From positions 1 to 64,000 of IMG/VR virus record IMGVR_UViG_3300018411_000639: a stretch of DNA of 64,000 bases; one strand, given 5' to 3'. Made by a program: the position numbers and the translations under genes. Shown one piece after another: positions 8,200 through 17,288 of this stretch (position 1 is the first letter of the stretch; each line of letters opens with the position of its first letter). The notes beneath the pieces were generated by a model, which was not told the origin of the DNA, did no database searches, and saw nothing but the letters and a program-made list of their open reading frames with translations. The stretch is from a virus.

Positions 8200-9471
8200 C
8201 TAGTTGCTGAATACCAGACTGGCATAGTGTTTCGATGATTGAGGATCTGGTTCTTCCATTCGAGCCATCTCCGGATAGAATTCAAAGAATGCTCTCCCTT
8301 TAAAGTTGTTGAACTTGTTTTTTGCAAAGTGGACTTCGAAGATGGGTTGCTTCAAAGGATCGTTCTTCCGCAAGAAGTGAACCTCAGCGCCCTCTCCCTT
8401 GTAGTGGACCTCGTTGTAGACAAGCAAGACAGCTTTCGCTTCATACTTGATTTTTACGGACTCTCGAATGTCATCCAATGCCGGACGACGTGTGCCGTTT
8501 AGCTTCTTCAGCTCTCCCGAGCAAACGACAGGGATATCATATCGGATAGCCGTATCGGAGCACCATTGCGCGATAGCGTCGTACTTCGCCGTAGCCTGCA
8601 GGTTCGGATGTTCCTTTAGGTTCAAGTCGTGGAAGTTGTCGATGAATACGCAGATCTGTTTGCTAGAGCCTTGTGTTTCCAATAGAATCTTGATGCGTTG
8701 AATCTCAGCCTCTATGTCTTCACAGAATGTGGTGAAGTTGGCATCGTAAGCGCGGTACTTATGTACGTTCTCACGCAGCTTGTTTAGGGCTACTTTACGT
8801 CTTGCAATCATCAAAGGCAGGTGTGTGTAGTTGTTGGGATTCCGTACCGCATTCAGCAATACTTTGCTCCCAGAACCCACGACACGGGCCAACTTGTCTG
8901 GCATCGGATCATCCAGAGAGAAGTCCATCACGTAGACCTCATCGTTATGCTCTACAACCTGATTGGCTACCTGTGAGATAAAGGCCGTCTTACCGATGTT
9001 ACTGTCGCCAGCAATCATGGTGAAGCCTGACTTCAATCCGCCATCGAAAGCTTTGTCTATCTCTGCCCAACCTGTTTTGAGTCCGGTATTTAGAGGATTC
9101 CAAGCATCCGTCTCAAACTGGTTGATCGCATCCCACATCTCTTCCTCGTGGGAAAGGGTAGGTTTTGCGGGTACCGTGTACTGAATAACGATCGGTTGCT
9201 GACCAGGCAGGTTCACTGTTTCTGTTTCGATGTGAGGCTGGTCATAATTAGGTATAAACGGGCCGGGTGCGCCCAATGCCGTCGCTCCTGATGGTTGTGC
9301 TGATTGATTCGGTTGTGCAGGCGCAGCAGATGTCTGTTGCCCAAAAGAGCCGATAGGTTGAGGAGAACTGTCTTCTTCCTCTTCTTCGCCGAAGGATGGA
9401 TAGAAATCATATCCCTCGCTTGGATCTACAATATCTTCTTCACTGAAATAATTGCTAAAATTGTCTTCCAA
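8200..9471 (-). CDS. DnaB-like (SF4) replicative helicase with an acidic, Pro/Gln-rich N-terminus
   Basis: GLKTGW..ID...GG, Walker A AGDSNIGKT, FSLD, Walker B FIDN, LDDIRES and KNK motifs. Confidence 0.9.
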   Translation of the reverse strand: MEDNFSNYFSEEDIVDPSEGYDFYPSFGEEEEEDSSPQPIGSFGQQTSAAPAQPNQSAQPSGATALGAPGPFIPNYDQPHIETETVNLPGQQPIVIQYTVPAKPTLSHEEEMWDAINQFETDAWNPLNTGLKTGWAEIDKAFDGGLKSGFTMIAGDSNIGKTAFISQVANQVVEHNDEVYVMDFSLDDPMPDKLARVVGSGSKVLLNAVRNPNNYTHLPLMIARRKVALNKLRENVHKYRAYDANFTTFCEDIEAEIQRIKILLETQGSSKQICVFIDNFHDLNLKEHPNLQATAKYDAIAQWCSDTAIRYDIPVVCSGELKKLNGTRRPALDDIRESVKIKYEAKAVLLVYNEVHYKGEGAEVHFLRKNDPLKQPIFEVHFAKNKFNNFKGRAFFEFYPEMARMEEPDPQSSKHYASLVFSN

Positions 9472-9478
9472 CTTTGAT

Positions 9479-10501
9479 CTACCGCCTCTTGTTCATAAGT
9501 TTGCAGTTATCGAAATCGCAGACGGACACAACCTTCATCGAGGTACATCCGTAACTGGACTTTCCTTTATAGACGCTTCGGGCTGTGGCTCGGAGTTCCG
9601 AATGCTTGATTGGCTGCACGTTGTTGTCGTTCCACTCTGTCAAGGTTTCCATTGTTTCATCCAAGCTAAGCCCCGTATTCTTGTAAAAGCTTGTCAGGGC
9701 TGCAAGGGAGTTGTTTCTGTTTCCGCTCTGTGCGCCATTCTCCACTAGATGACGAACGCATGGCGGCATGTATTTCAAAGTGCCATTGTGTGTAATGTTC
9801 TCATTTCGCTTTATGGCTTCCTCGGCGTGCTTCTCTTTGTATCTCACGTATTGGGAGTGAGCGAAGTGATTGTATACAGGCGACTTGACATCCATGACAC
9901 GAGGATTTTGGGCCGTAGCCTTTATGTCCTCGTGTTGGAGGTCTCTTAGTTCCTGAAGGGTAATCGGAATCTTGTAAAGCCCGGTGGATTCGTGGATGCT
10001 GTTAGGTATCCGGAAGAGTCGCTTGTTGTCGTAGATCCTCATGTCCATGGTCTTATGACGGGTAAAGGATTGGACGTTCTCTGCGATGGTCCGGAAGATA
10101 CCGTTTAGTTCCTTGTCTGGCGCAATGCCAAAGATCGACGCAGGGATGATGATGTGAACACCTTTATTTCCGCTGAAATAGATGCGGATCTGTTCGCTCT
10201 CTATCTTGAAGACGGTCTTCAGGTAAGCCATCACGGTGATAGCATCTGCACGCACGGGTTCAAAGTCGTCTTTGTTATCGAAGTCGAAGTACATGTCCCC
10301 GTAAAGAAAAGACTCATCCGGGTTGTCGGTGTTGTAGCGGTAGGCTGTAGCGAAGACCCCTTGGTTTCCTCGCTCCCTCACCACTTTATTGATGAGCTTA
10401 GCCGGCAAGACGATGTTTCGGGTAAATACATTCCGAGCCTTGTCGATCCAGTAGCCCGCTTCAATGAGATAGCAATCTTCTGCGAGGCACAATCTGGTCA
10501 C
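9479..10501 (-). CDS. Archaeo-eukaryotic primase (AEP) with a C-terminal PriCT/Fe-S-like domain
   Basis: FDFD, SGNKGVH and RLFRIPNS motifs; C-terminal PPC, GNRNNSL and YGC-x6-C-x4-C. Confidence 0.88.
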   Translation of the reverse strand: MTRLCLAEDCYLIEAGYWIDKARNVFTRNIVLPAKLINKVVRERGNQGVFATAYRYNTDNPDESFLYGDMYFDFDNKDDFEPVRADAITVMAYLKTVFKIESEQIRIYFSGNKGVHIIIPASIFGIAPDKELNGIFRTIAENVQSFTRHKTMDMRIYDNKRLFRIPNSIHESTGLYKIPITLQELRDLQHEDIKATAQNPRVMDVKSPVYNHFAHSQYVRYKEKHAEEAIKRNENITHNGTLKYMPPCVRHLVENGAQSGNRNNSLAALTSFYKNTGLSLDETMETLTEWNDNNVQPIKHSELRATARSVYKGKSSYGCTSMKVVSVCDFDNCKLMNKRR

Positions 10502-11147
10502 CCCCTGATACCCGATTCTCGGTTACTTTCTTTTGGAATAGCTGAATCGCATCCGCGTAGTATTCTTTTACGTCAGATGGGACGCGCAGCTTGTTGTAAT
10601 TGTTGGTCATGATAATGTCGTTGGATATGTCAATCATGAAGAGGACGAGGTCTACTTCGAATTGATCCAACAGCCACTTGATAGCACCTTTCACACGGCC
10701 AAAGGTGACAGCTTCTTTGTGGCACAAGCCCTGCTTAGAGAGGAAGTAATTTGTCAGATCCTCAAGCGTGTAGCTTGCCCGCATCTCAAGGTAGTAGTCT
10801 TGGACGACGCGTTTGATCTCGCCCGTGTTGTAATCGAAATCCACCACAGGAGGCGGTGTCGTAACCCGCAACTCATTATGGTAGTAGAACTTCCCTGTCC
10901 TCAAAAGATTCGTTCTCTGAGGGCTTCGGCCACGGAAATGAGTGGGAAGGTCAAGACCCTTCTTGCCTTCTGTTGCTTTGTAGTGTCGGCGCAGCTCTGC
11001 ACCTAATTCTTCAGATGTCCAACCTCTGTCCAGTAGTTGCGCCAACTGTACAACGGTTGCGACCTTGAACTTCTGAGAGATGTCCTCGTTCTGATGGAAC
11101 ATCTTCAGGTAGCCATAGGTCAGGTCAAAAATAGAAACTTTTCTCAC
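10461..11147 (-). CDS. Hypothetical replication-module protein (start probably GTG 11147, overlapping the upstream stop)
   Basis: TAGTG stop/start overlap; directly upstream of the primase. Confidence 0.65.
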   Translation of the reverse strand: MRKVSIFDLTYGYLKMFHQNEDISQKFKVATVVQLAQLLDRGWTSEELGAELRRHYKATEGKKGLDLPTHFRGRSPQRTNLLRTGKFYYHNELRVTTPPPVVDFDYNTGEIKRVVQDYYLEMRASYTLEDLTNYFLSKQGLCHKEAVTFGRVKGAIKWLLDQFEVDLVLFMIDISNDIIMTNNYNKLRVPSDVKEYYADAIQLFQKKVTENRVSGGDQIVPRRRLLSH

Positions 11148-11809
11148 TAGAATAAGCTCTGGGCCATTCCATCTGCCCACTTGATGAACTCTTCCACGTT
11201 TTCCGGGTTCAGCTGACGCTTGCTGGTAATCTCCGGACGCCATAGAGAAAGATAGCGGACGAGTTGTTCGTCATTGACGATCTCAAAACGTTCCTTGAAT
11301 TTGTTCATAGCCTCGACTTTTTCTGGTGACCATCGCCCTGCTTGACTACGCGGTGTCTGTCCAGGTCCTTGTTGTTGCTGCTCTTGCGGTTGTCCTTGCG
11401 GAGCAGACATCCCGTTGTGGGCGGTCTGTTGTTTGTCGACTATATTAGTGTCGGAATTGACACGTTTTTGTTGGTCGACTGTCGCAGGTTGTCCTTTGGC
11501 ACGAGATAACGTCGAACAAGCGTTGTGTATGGCACGTTGCACCGTTTGGCGGATAACATCTTCAGCGAGAGGATTGCTTGTTGCTGCCGTTCCTGTTCGG
11601 ACAAAGCCCGGAAGATAAAGGATAACCGTTACATGGTAATTGATCCCATTCGTCGTGTAGCCTTCATTTTGGATTTCATAACTCCAGCTGATGCCCATAT
11701 CCCCCAAGAGTTGGACTACCTTGTCGGAGTTGACACGTACAAGGTAGTCTTGATATTTGGGTGACAAAGGCTCTAGGCCGAGGTAATGCGTGACCATTGC
11801 GTTGTTCAT
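11147..11809 (-). CDS. Possible single-strand annealing protein (Rad52/Sak-like architecture)
   Basis: N-terminal domain with WSYEI...VTVIL...RTGT, Q/P-rich linker and small helical C-terminal domain; first gene of the replication operon. Confidence 0.4.
   Translation of the reverse strand: MNNAMVTHYLGLEPLSPKYQDYLVRVNSDKVVQLLGDMGISWSYEIQNEGYTTNGINYHVTVILYLPGFVRTGTAATSNPLAEDVIRQTVQRAIHNACSTLSRAKGQPATVDQQKRVNSDTNIVDKQQTAHNGMSAPQGQPQEQQQQGPGQTPRSQAGRWSPEKVEAMNKFKERFEIVNDEQLVRYLSLWRPEITSKRQLNPENVEEFIKWADGMAQSLF
11448..11463 (+). repeat. Dispersed 16-bp motif (exact)
   Basis: GTGTCGGAATTGACAC. Confidence 0.9.
11721..11736 (+). repeat. Dispersed 16-bp motif variant TTGTCGGAGTTGACAC
   Basis: 14/16 match, clustered with two other copies. 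Confidence 0.7.
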
Positions 11810-11831
11810 TTATTCTGCCTCCAGTATCTAT

Positions 11832-11847
11832 GTGTCGGAATTGACAT
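11832..11847 (+). promoter_or_regulatory. Dispersed 16-bp motif in operator position, between the promoter and RBS of the replication operon
   Basis: GTGTCGGAATTGACAT in intergenic DNA about +10 to +25 from the predicted transcription start. Confidence 0.75.
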
Positions 11848-11863
11848 TTAACTTTACCTCACA

Positions 11864-11892
11864 AGTATAGATTTTAATATACCGAAAGTCAA
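11864..11892 (-). promoter_or_regulatory. Sigma-A promoter of the replication operon, TTGACT-17bp-TATACT
   Basis: -35 at 11887..11892, -10 at 11864..11869, exact 17-bp spacer; GGAGG RBS at 11818..11822 and ATG at 11809. Confidence 0.8.
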
Positions 11893-11917
11893 CACAGATT
11901 TGTAACACTTCGATACA

Positions 11918-13177
11918 TTAAACTATGGTATACCCTACCTGAACCCTTGATACGTTTGGCGTTACCTCGGTTCCGTAGAGGTGGAATTTTACCAACATCC
12001 GCTTTCCGGTCAATGTAAACGGAACGGTCTCCGGTACCTTGTGCGGCATCTCGTCACTTCCATAATAGTAGTATTCGCATTGCACGCTTCGGTCGGATAA
12101 CTCGGATGGGTTGTTCAGTACGGCATCCGCTCCATGAACGATGATGCTCCCATTCTCTTCCGGAAACACGATGTCGGTTTGGAAGGTGCTGTACTCTTTG
12201 GCGTAGGTATTCTGAGAAACGCGCATCCCTTTAATACCCAGATGGAACTCCCTCTTCCCTGCTTCAGCGCTCAGGAAATGGCGTTGGCGCAGACGGATTC
12301 TCAACTGGTTGGCGTCGATCCCTCGGAAGCAAAGCTTCAGGTTAGCTGCATCCTTCATTACAGGACGCTCATAGGCCGTACCGTAGATGTCCGTGTATTC
12401 CTCAATCAGACTGGCTCTGTGATCCTCGAAGCCGGGAACAGATGTCCAAGCGCCCTCTTTCCGATACTCCACTGCCAGTACATCCACTGCATTGACGGGA
12501 TATGGATTCAAGGTAATCGTGTTGGTTTCCCTTGTTGTGATGATGTCCTCTGGTAGCCCGATAGTGAGGTCTACCGTTACTTCGTTCACTGTTTCGTCCG
12601 TCAGTACTCGTCTGGCCCAATAAGTGCCGGCGTCCCCGTTAAAGGCGTTGATAGGGTCGCTCTCTGTAATGGAGAGGACGCCTTGCCCAAGTATTGTCGC
12701 AGCAGGAGAGAGGGCTAAGCTCAAGCTAGGCGGAACGAATGTCGCCTGCAGTCCTTCGTCATAAAGGTTTACTTTGGATGAGATGCGACTTGGTTGCATC
12801 GTGACGGACATGCTTTCCAAGTCGATGAGCGCAGCGTGATCACTACCGTCAACGGTCATCTCGTTAGGATAACGGACAATCAGCTTGTGCGCTCCACTGT
12901 TTCCGGAGAGGTCTCGGTAACGTTGGCTCAGGGTGGCGATCTTCGCCTCCAGGTCGTTCACGCGGTACTGCAGGTAGGTGTTCTCTGCCCCTACGACAGA
13001 CCTCGTTTCGTCAATCGCCTTCTCCATCCGGTTCGCTTTGTTGAAAAGATCCAGAACATCCTGAAGGATTTCATTTTGCGACTGGTTCATCTGGGCGCTG
13101 TTCGTTCCTGTTCTGTAGCCTACTTGTGTACGTTGTGTCGCAGGAATGTTGGAGATGTTGATGCTTTCGGTATCCAT
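11918..13177 (-). CDS. Putative virion structural protein, 419 aa (coiled coil plus beta-rich domain)
   Basis: Last gene of the structural cluster; coiled-coil N-terminus and NAFNGD...W discoidin-like segment. Confidence 0.6.
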   Translation of the reverse strand: MDTESINISNIPATQRTQVGYRTGTNSAQMNQSQNEILQDVLDLFNKANRMEKAIDETRSVVGAENTYLQYRVNDLEAKIATLSQRYRDLSGNSGAHKLIVRYPNEMTVDGSDHAALIDLESMSVTMQPSRISSKVNLYDEGLQATFVPPSLSLALSPAATILGQGVLSITESDPINAFNGDAGTYWARRVLTDETVNEVTVDLTIGLPEDIITTRETNTITLNPYPVNAVDVLAVEYRKEGAWTSVPGFEDHRASLIEEYTDIYGTAYERPVMKDAANLKLCFRGIDANQLRIRLRQRHFLSAEAGKREFHLGIKGMRVSQNTYAKEYSTFQTDIVFPEENGSIIVHGADAVLNNPSELSDRSVQCEYYYYGSDEMPHKVPETVPFTLTGKRMLVKFHLYGTEVTPNVSRVQVGYTIV

Positions 13178-13422
13178 TAGTTCACGGCTCCTTTCACTCT
13201 ATCCATCTGGTCAATCAGTTGATTGATGCGTTCTTTTGTGAGCATCGTTTCCGGGTTCTCTGCTTGTTTCTGAATTTCATCCAGTCCAGTCTTCAACTCT
13301 TCGAACTTTTGGCGCACAGCCTCCAGATTCCGACTAGCCTCGACGAGAAACGTATCCGTCTTCCGGCTTTCCATCGGGCCTCTGTAGCGTGCGTTGTTTC
13401 TTCTTGCGTTTGGGAATATCAT
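13177..13422 (-). CDS. Small putative virion protein, 81 aa
   Basis: GAGG RBS; RYRGP.ES motif plus coiled coil; 1-nt overlap with the next gene. Confidence 0.65.
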   Translation of the reverse strand: MIFPNARRNNARYRGPMESRKTDTFLVEASRNLEAVRQKFEELKTGLDEIQKQAENPETMLTKERINQLIDQMDRVKGAVN

Positions 13423-13434
13423 CGAAACCCTCCT

Positions 13435-15471
13435 CTATTGGCCTATGATGCGGTAGTTCAGGATTTGAGGGGAAACGGCAGCGTCTTCGCTCATCAGCAA
13501 AGCCATCAGTCTAAACTGGACTGCCTTCCCTTTTGTCAGCTCCAAGACCAGATCAGCAAAGTCCGGTTTTAGTTCTTGGTACGTCAAGTAGTACCCCATC
13601 GCTTCTGCTGCTGCGTTCTCGTCGATCGTTACGAGTCGAGGGTTGTGTGCAACCACCAAGTACCCGTCCTTTATCGCAAAGTAGCGGTAGTTGCCTACAG
13701 GTGTGCGATGCTTCAAGGTGTAGTAATTGACTTGACTCATCGGCGGTACCGCAAAGGTATCTAGCGAGTTCTCCTTGAAGTTCAGGTTGTGTGTGACTGT
13801 CCCGCCTGTTTCGGTATACAGGAGCAGTTGGACTTTGTTAACGCCCTTCTTCAAGCGGATAGCGTACTTCTCGCCGATACTGCGGATCTCTGCGCCATTG
13901 ACGAACAGGCGATGTTGAAGCGTCCCTGCGTCCACAGACAGGACTTTGTTCAGGACACTGACTTCTTCGGTTGCATCCACGTACTGCGTCAATACCTGCA
14001 GGCTTTTGTCTTTGATCGGGAACTGGTACTTGTCGCAGTCCAGATAGCTTTCCCTTTTGCGACCACCCGTTGCAGCTTTCACGACATCATCAAAGATGAG
14101 TCGGTCAATCTGAAAGGCATTCGCTGCCTGCGTGTCTGCGATGTCGTAAGTGTCCACGTGCCACATCTGATAGCCCGGCGTGAGCTTCAAGGAGTTCAGG
14201 TTGATGTTATCCGGCACTTTGGCCACACGGTGCAACTGAAGCTCTCCTTGCGGTTTCACGGCATAGCCTTCTGATAACGAGTTTACGATCCTTCGTTTCT
14301 TTCTCAGGATGCGTAAGTCATGCGGCGCGTAGTTGTCAACCGACTCCCACGACACTTTGTCTTTGCCGTTGTCGATTCCGATATAGTAATTGATGCGTGT
14401 GCCAGGGAAGACGAGATCCTCTGCCTTCAGCGTCAACGAACCCAAGAGCGTACCAAACGTGATGGGTTTGGAAACATAGACGCTCTCCTTTCGGTAGCTT
14501 TCATTCAAGACAGAAAGAGTCTGGAAGGAGAAGTAATGCTCGTAAAGGTTGTCTGCCGTGTATCCATCCGGCTCACTCTTTGTCAGGGTGATGCGGAAAT
14601 CCTTAACCGGTGTTGTCGAGAAGTTCCACTCCAGATAAGGTTGGCTTGCCACTTCGTAGAGATCCGTATAGTTGATGCCATCCTCGGAAATACTCAACAG
14701 CGCCCGCACATCCTGATAAGAAGCCATGCGCAGAGAGATGCCACTTACTTCGGAAACACTTGCTTCCGTTACCTGCAAGACGAGCGTCATCCCTTCTTTC
14801 TCCTTCGTCCGTCCGATATAGGTGTAGGTTTCACCCAAGTTGTCTTTCAGGATATTTCGGCCCTCTCCGTACTCTTCTATCGTCATAGGGGCTTTGCTTG
14901 GTCGAATAGTCAAACCTGCCTGAGAGAGGTCCTTCTTTCTGTTTGCGCGCAAATCTGTCTCGGTGTGGACTTTCTTCCGAAGAAGATCGACAAAGGCTGT
15001 CGTGGCCGGGATGTTTCGCAACTCGCTCCCGTCGAAGTCAATGTCGTAGAAGTCACGGAAGACCTGGGTGTGCCCTTCCCCTGCGGAACCGGAAGCAAGG
15101 GTGTCGTTCAGGTTCTCCAGTCTTAACTCCAGGTTCTTGATTTCAGCCATCACACGACCCGATTCTTCTATATAATGCTCCTCTATGGAAACAAGGGCAT
15201 TGTTTGCTTGGATGTCGCTTTGGTAAGCCACGGAGAGGTCTTCACTCAGATCCTGAAACATGCGATTGTAGGCGGAAGGGTTGGATACCGCATGACTGGC
15301 TTGTTTGACGGGAGCGAAGTACGGCAGTCCGGGAATGTTGCGGTCAAAGAACTCGCTCAGTCGGGTGCTGACCTCAAAGGAGTTCGGTTCGATGCCTTCT
15401 TTAAGGAGCGATTGAATGATGCGTTCTTGCTCTCGTTCGGTTTGCGAGTTGCTAATACTCAATGTTTTCAC
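13435..15471 (-). CDS. Putative virion structural protein, 678 aa
   Basis: Helical N-terminus plus beta-rich body; shares the YxSxPI/F motif and layout with the 608-aa and 734-aa neighbours. Confidence 0.6.
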   Translation of the reverse strand: MKTLSISNSQTEREQERIIQSLLKEGIEPNSFEVSTRLSEFFDRNIPGLPYFAPVKQASHAVSNPSAYNRMFQDLSEDLSVAYQSDIQANNALVSIEEHYIEESGRVMAEIKNLELRLENLNDTLASGSAGEGHTQVFRDFYDIDFDGSELRNIPATTAFVDLLRKKVHTETDLRANRKKDLSQAGLTIRPSKAPMTIEEYGEGRNILKDNLGETYTYIGRTKEKEGMTLVLQVTEASVSEVSGISLRMASYQDVRALLSISEDGINYTDLYEVASQPYLEWNFSTTPVKDFRITLTKSEPDGYTADNLYEHYFSFQTLSVLNESYRKESVYVSKPITFGTLLGSLTLKAEDLVFPGTRINYYIGIDNGKDKVSWESVDNYAPHDLRILRKKRRIVNSLSEGYAVKPQGELQLHRVAKVPDNINLNSLKLTPGYQMWHVDTYDIADTQAANAFQIDRLIFDDVVKAATGGRKRESYLDCDKYQFPIKDKSLQVLTQYVDATEEVSVLNKVLSVDAGTLQHRLFVNGAEIRSIGEKYAIRLKKGVNKVQLLLYTETGGTVTHNLNFKENSLDTFAVPPMSQVNYYTLKHRTPVGNYRYFAIKDGYLVVAHNPRLVTIDENAAAEAMGYYLTYQELKPDFADLVLELTKGKAVQFRLMALLMSEDAAVSPQILNYRIIGQ

Positions 15472-17278
15472 CCCCTGTTGTTAATTTCAGACTGTACTGG
15501 AAAAGGATCGGTGTACGGTAGGTATCGTTTGTCGGCTTCTCGATCACAACCTTGAGTTGCACGGATTTGATGTCTTGCAGCGTATTGATGACGCCTACCC
15601 CACTACGCACATCTCCGCCCAGCAATCGCTCGAAGCCGCCACTGTTGGTTTGGTACGTGCAGACACCCGAGAACGAGCGGTGTCGTGGGAAGATAGGATG
15701 CCATTTGTTGTCGTTCCCCACCTTCAGATAGTAGCTGATCCATTTGTTCGTTAAAGCTTCTCTCTCTGACTTGGTTGCGTTCGGGTTCGTTGCAAGCGAC
15801 AGTTCATCGAAGTCTGCAGGAATGAATTCGTCGGCTTCCAATGTGATTGAGGTGATTGCCTCATCGACTGTAAACTCCTGGGAGAGGTATTCGCTCTTGG
15901 TTTCAAAGCTGTAGTAGGCGACCGAGATGCCACGGATGCCGATAGCGAACCGGCGGGCAGGAAGCTGCTCAACGCCTGCTTTCACTTGCTCGGTGTCTGC
16001 CGGAATAGAGAACAAGCCTTTCTTTGCATAAGCGAAGTCCACATAGGTACGCTCTTTTCCGTATGTGGAATGCGTACTCTCTTGTGTCTTGGGGTCGTAC
16101 TTGACTCCCAGCAAGGTTACGCTTGGCATCGGGCCATCGACGCGACCATACTGACTGCTCGGACCGGGATCGAAGACACTGGACTTCAATGCGCTCGCCT
16201 TCGTGAAGTAATGATGTCCAACGTTTACAGCATAACTGGCACTCTGGGTGAACTCCAAGATGATATGATCGACCAGTTGCGGTTCAAAGACGATGACGGT
16301 ATCCCCGTCAAAAACCTGACTGACCCGCACATCTTGAATCTGCGTCTTTCCGTCGCTGACTGTGCATTTGGATATATAGCTTGGACGAACCTCTCGCTGC
16401 TCAGCAAGGAAAGGGTCTAGGCTCAACCAGTTGCAGACCGGTGAACCTGAAACACTGATCTTTAATCGCAAGCGCAGTGTTTCATCGTCCGTAATCCAAC
16501 TCAAGCCTTCTTTGTACTCGAAGCCATAGCCCCCGCAACGCTCGACCACTTCATCATCCATCGAGAAGATTTCGTATTCGAACCAAGTGTCTTCGTTCTC
16601 GTCCAGTAAATCACGGAGGTCCGTGTGGAGGTCGCTTTCGCCGGAGTAATGAATGGTGTCACCCATGACATCCGCAACGTGCGTATCACCGGGGAAGCCA
16701 TTGGATCCTTTCAGTATCTCAATCTCACTTGTTCGGGAATAAGAACGGGCATTTGTCACGCCCAACGTCAGCACGCCATCCTCGCCATTTACGGAAGCAG
16801 CTCCTTTCTGTTTGGCGTTCTGCATAAAGCGTGTGTCAGCGAAGGAGTCCGTATAGGTTACGACACCCTCTCGCTCTTTTGCATTCACGCGGTTCTGTAC
16901 ATCATCCAAGGCTCTGTTGATGTAGCGTACTTCGTTGCCCATCATCTTCCGACTCAACTCTGCATCCATAAACGATGTACTGATGGCGTCCGACAGGTTC
17001 TCGCAGTCCTGAATGAGATAGCCCATGTCATCATAGGCTTCTTTCAACATCTCGTTGTAATCTGCTGAAATCGGGGTGCTGACAGCGCGTCGGAACTGGA
17101 AGCTCGGCTTGCCAATAGAGTCGTAGAAACGCTTGACTGCGCTCTTGATGCGGTACAGGTATTCTGTTTCCGTCTTGATCTCGCCACTCTTGTACTTGCG
17201 GGTGATTTCGTCCAGAACGGATTCCGCACGGGCATTGATAGTTTTTGTCTTGTTCAAAAATTGGAGCATGTTTGACAT
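15452..17278 (-). CDS. Putative virion structural protein, 608 aa
   Basis: Long co-oriented ORF; paralogue-like similarity to its neighbours. Confidence 0.6.
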   Translation of the reverse strand: MSNMLQFLNKTKTINARAESVLDEITRKYKSGEIKTETEYLYRIKSAVKRFYDSIGKPSFQFRRAVSTPISADYNEMLKEAYDDMGYLIQDCENLSDAISTSFMDAELSRKMMGNEVRYINRALDDVQNRVNAKEREGVVTYTDSFADTRFMQNAKQKGAASVNGEDGVLTLGVTNARSYSRTSEIEILKGSNGFPGDTHVADVMGDTIHYSGESDLHTDLRDLLDENEDTWFEYEIFSMDDEVVERCGGYGFEYKEGLSWITDDETLRLRLKISVSGSPVCNWLSLDPFLAEQREVRPSYISKCTVSDGKTQIQDVRVSQVFDGDTVIVFEPQLVDHIILEFTQSASYAVNVGHHYFTKASALKSSVFDPGPSSQYGRVDGPMPSVTLLGVKYDPKTQESTHSTYGKERTYVDFAYAKKGLFSIPADTEQVKAGVEQLPARRFAIGIRGISVAYYSFETKSEYLSQEFTVDEAITSITLEADEFIPADFDELSLATNPNATKSEREALTNKWISYYLKVGNDNKWHPIFPRHRSFSGVCTYQTNSGGFERLLGGDVRSGVGVINTLQDIKSVQLKVVIEKPTNDTYRTPILFQYSLKLTTGGENIEY

Positions 17279-17288
17279 GTCTTCACCT

